The translations under genes were made by a program, and so were the position numbers. Positions 63,887-64,000 of a stretch of DNA of 64,000 nt are shown here, one piece after another. Origin of the DNA: Microthyrium microscopicum (taxonomy: Eukaryota); the NCBI GenBank assembly GCA_010405405.1, contig MU004232.1:1569481-1633480 (forward strand), in the 5' to 3' direction. Under the pieces are notes generated by a model. That model ran no database searches. It worked only from the letters and a program-made list of their open reading frames with translations, and was not told the origin of the DNA. Position 1 is the stretch's first letter. Every line of letters starts with the position of its first letter.

Positions 63887-64000
63887 GAAGGCAATACTGC
63901 AAAGATCCCGCAAGGAGAATTGGGTGTTTCCAGACCGTTGCGATTCATGAAAGATACAATATCTAGTTCGTGTAAAATCAAATGCAGGTTCAAACTTCTA

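Overview
This window is gene-dense nuclear DNA from a filamentous ascomycete (Pezizomycotina-like): short GT-AG introns with CTRAC branch points and clear evidence of RIP. It encodes TOM20, an allantoate-permease-type MFS transporter, a secreted CBM14/Avr4-like protein, exosome subunit MTR3, PCF11, adenylate kinase, ATP2, a GSA-like class III aminotransferase, a lysophospholipid acyltransferase, a DUF1996 protein, HookA, a Myb protein, tubulin cofactor B, CENP-C/MIF2, several orphans and two tandem paralogues of a lineage-specific family. The main accessory feature is a 7.7 kb AT-rich block (24674-32418) that is invisible to the ORF track. It is a RIP-destroyed Tc1/IS630-type (DD34E) transposon with ~56 bp TIRs and a probable TA duplication, and it appears to carry several extra cargo ORFs. 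Other signals worth checking: paired 1.5 kb and 1.0 kb introns with candidate alternative or poison exons in the convergent TBCB and CENP-C genes; a long hairpin in a PCF11 intron; a probable CUG start in the Myb gene; a single in-frame TGA in an otherwise intact paralogue; and a ~4 kb decayed orphan gene. Gene names come from recognising motifs by eye, and back-translations of RIP-mutated DNA are inferences.
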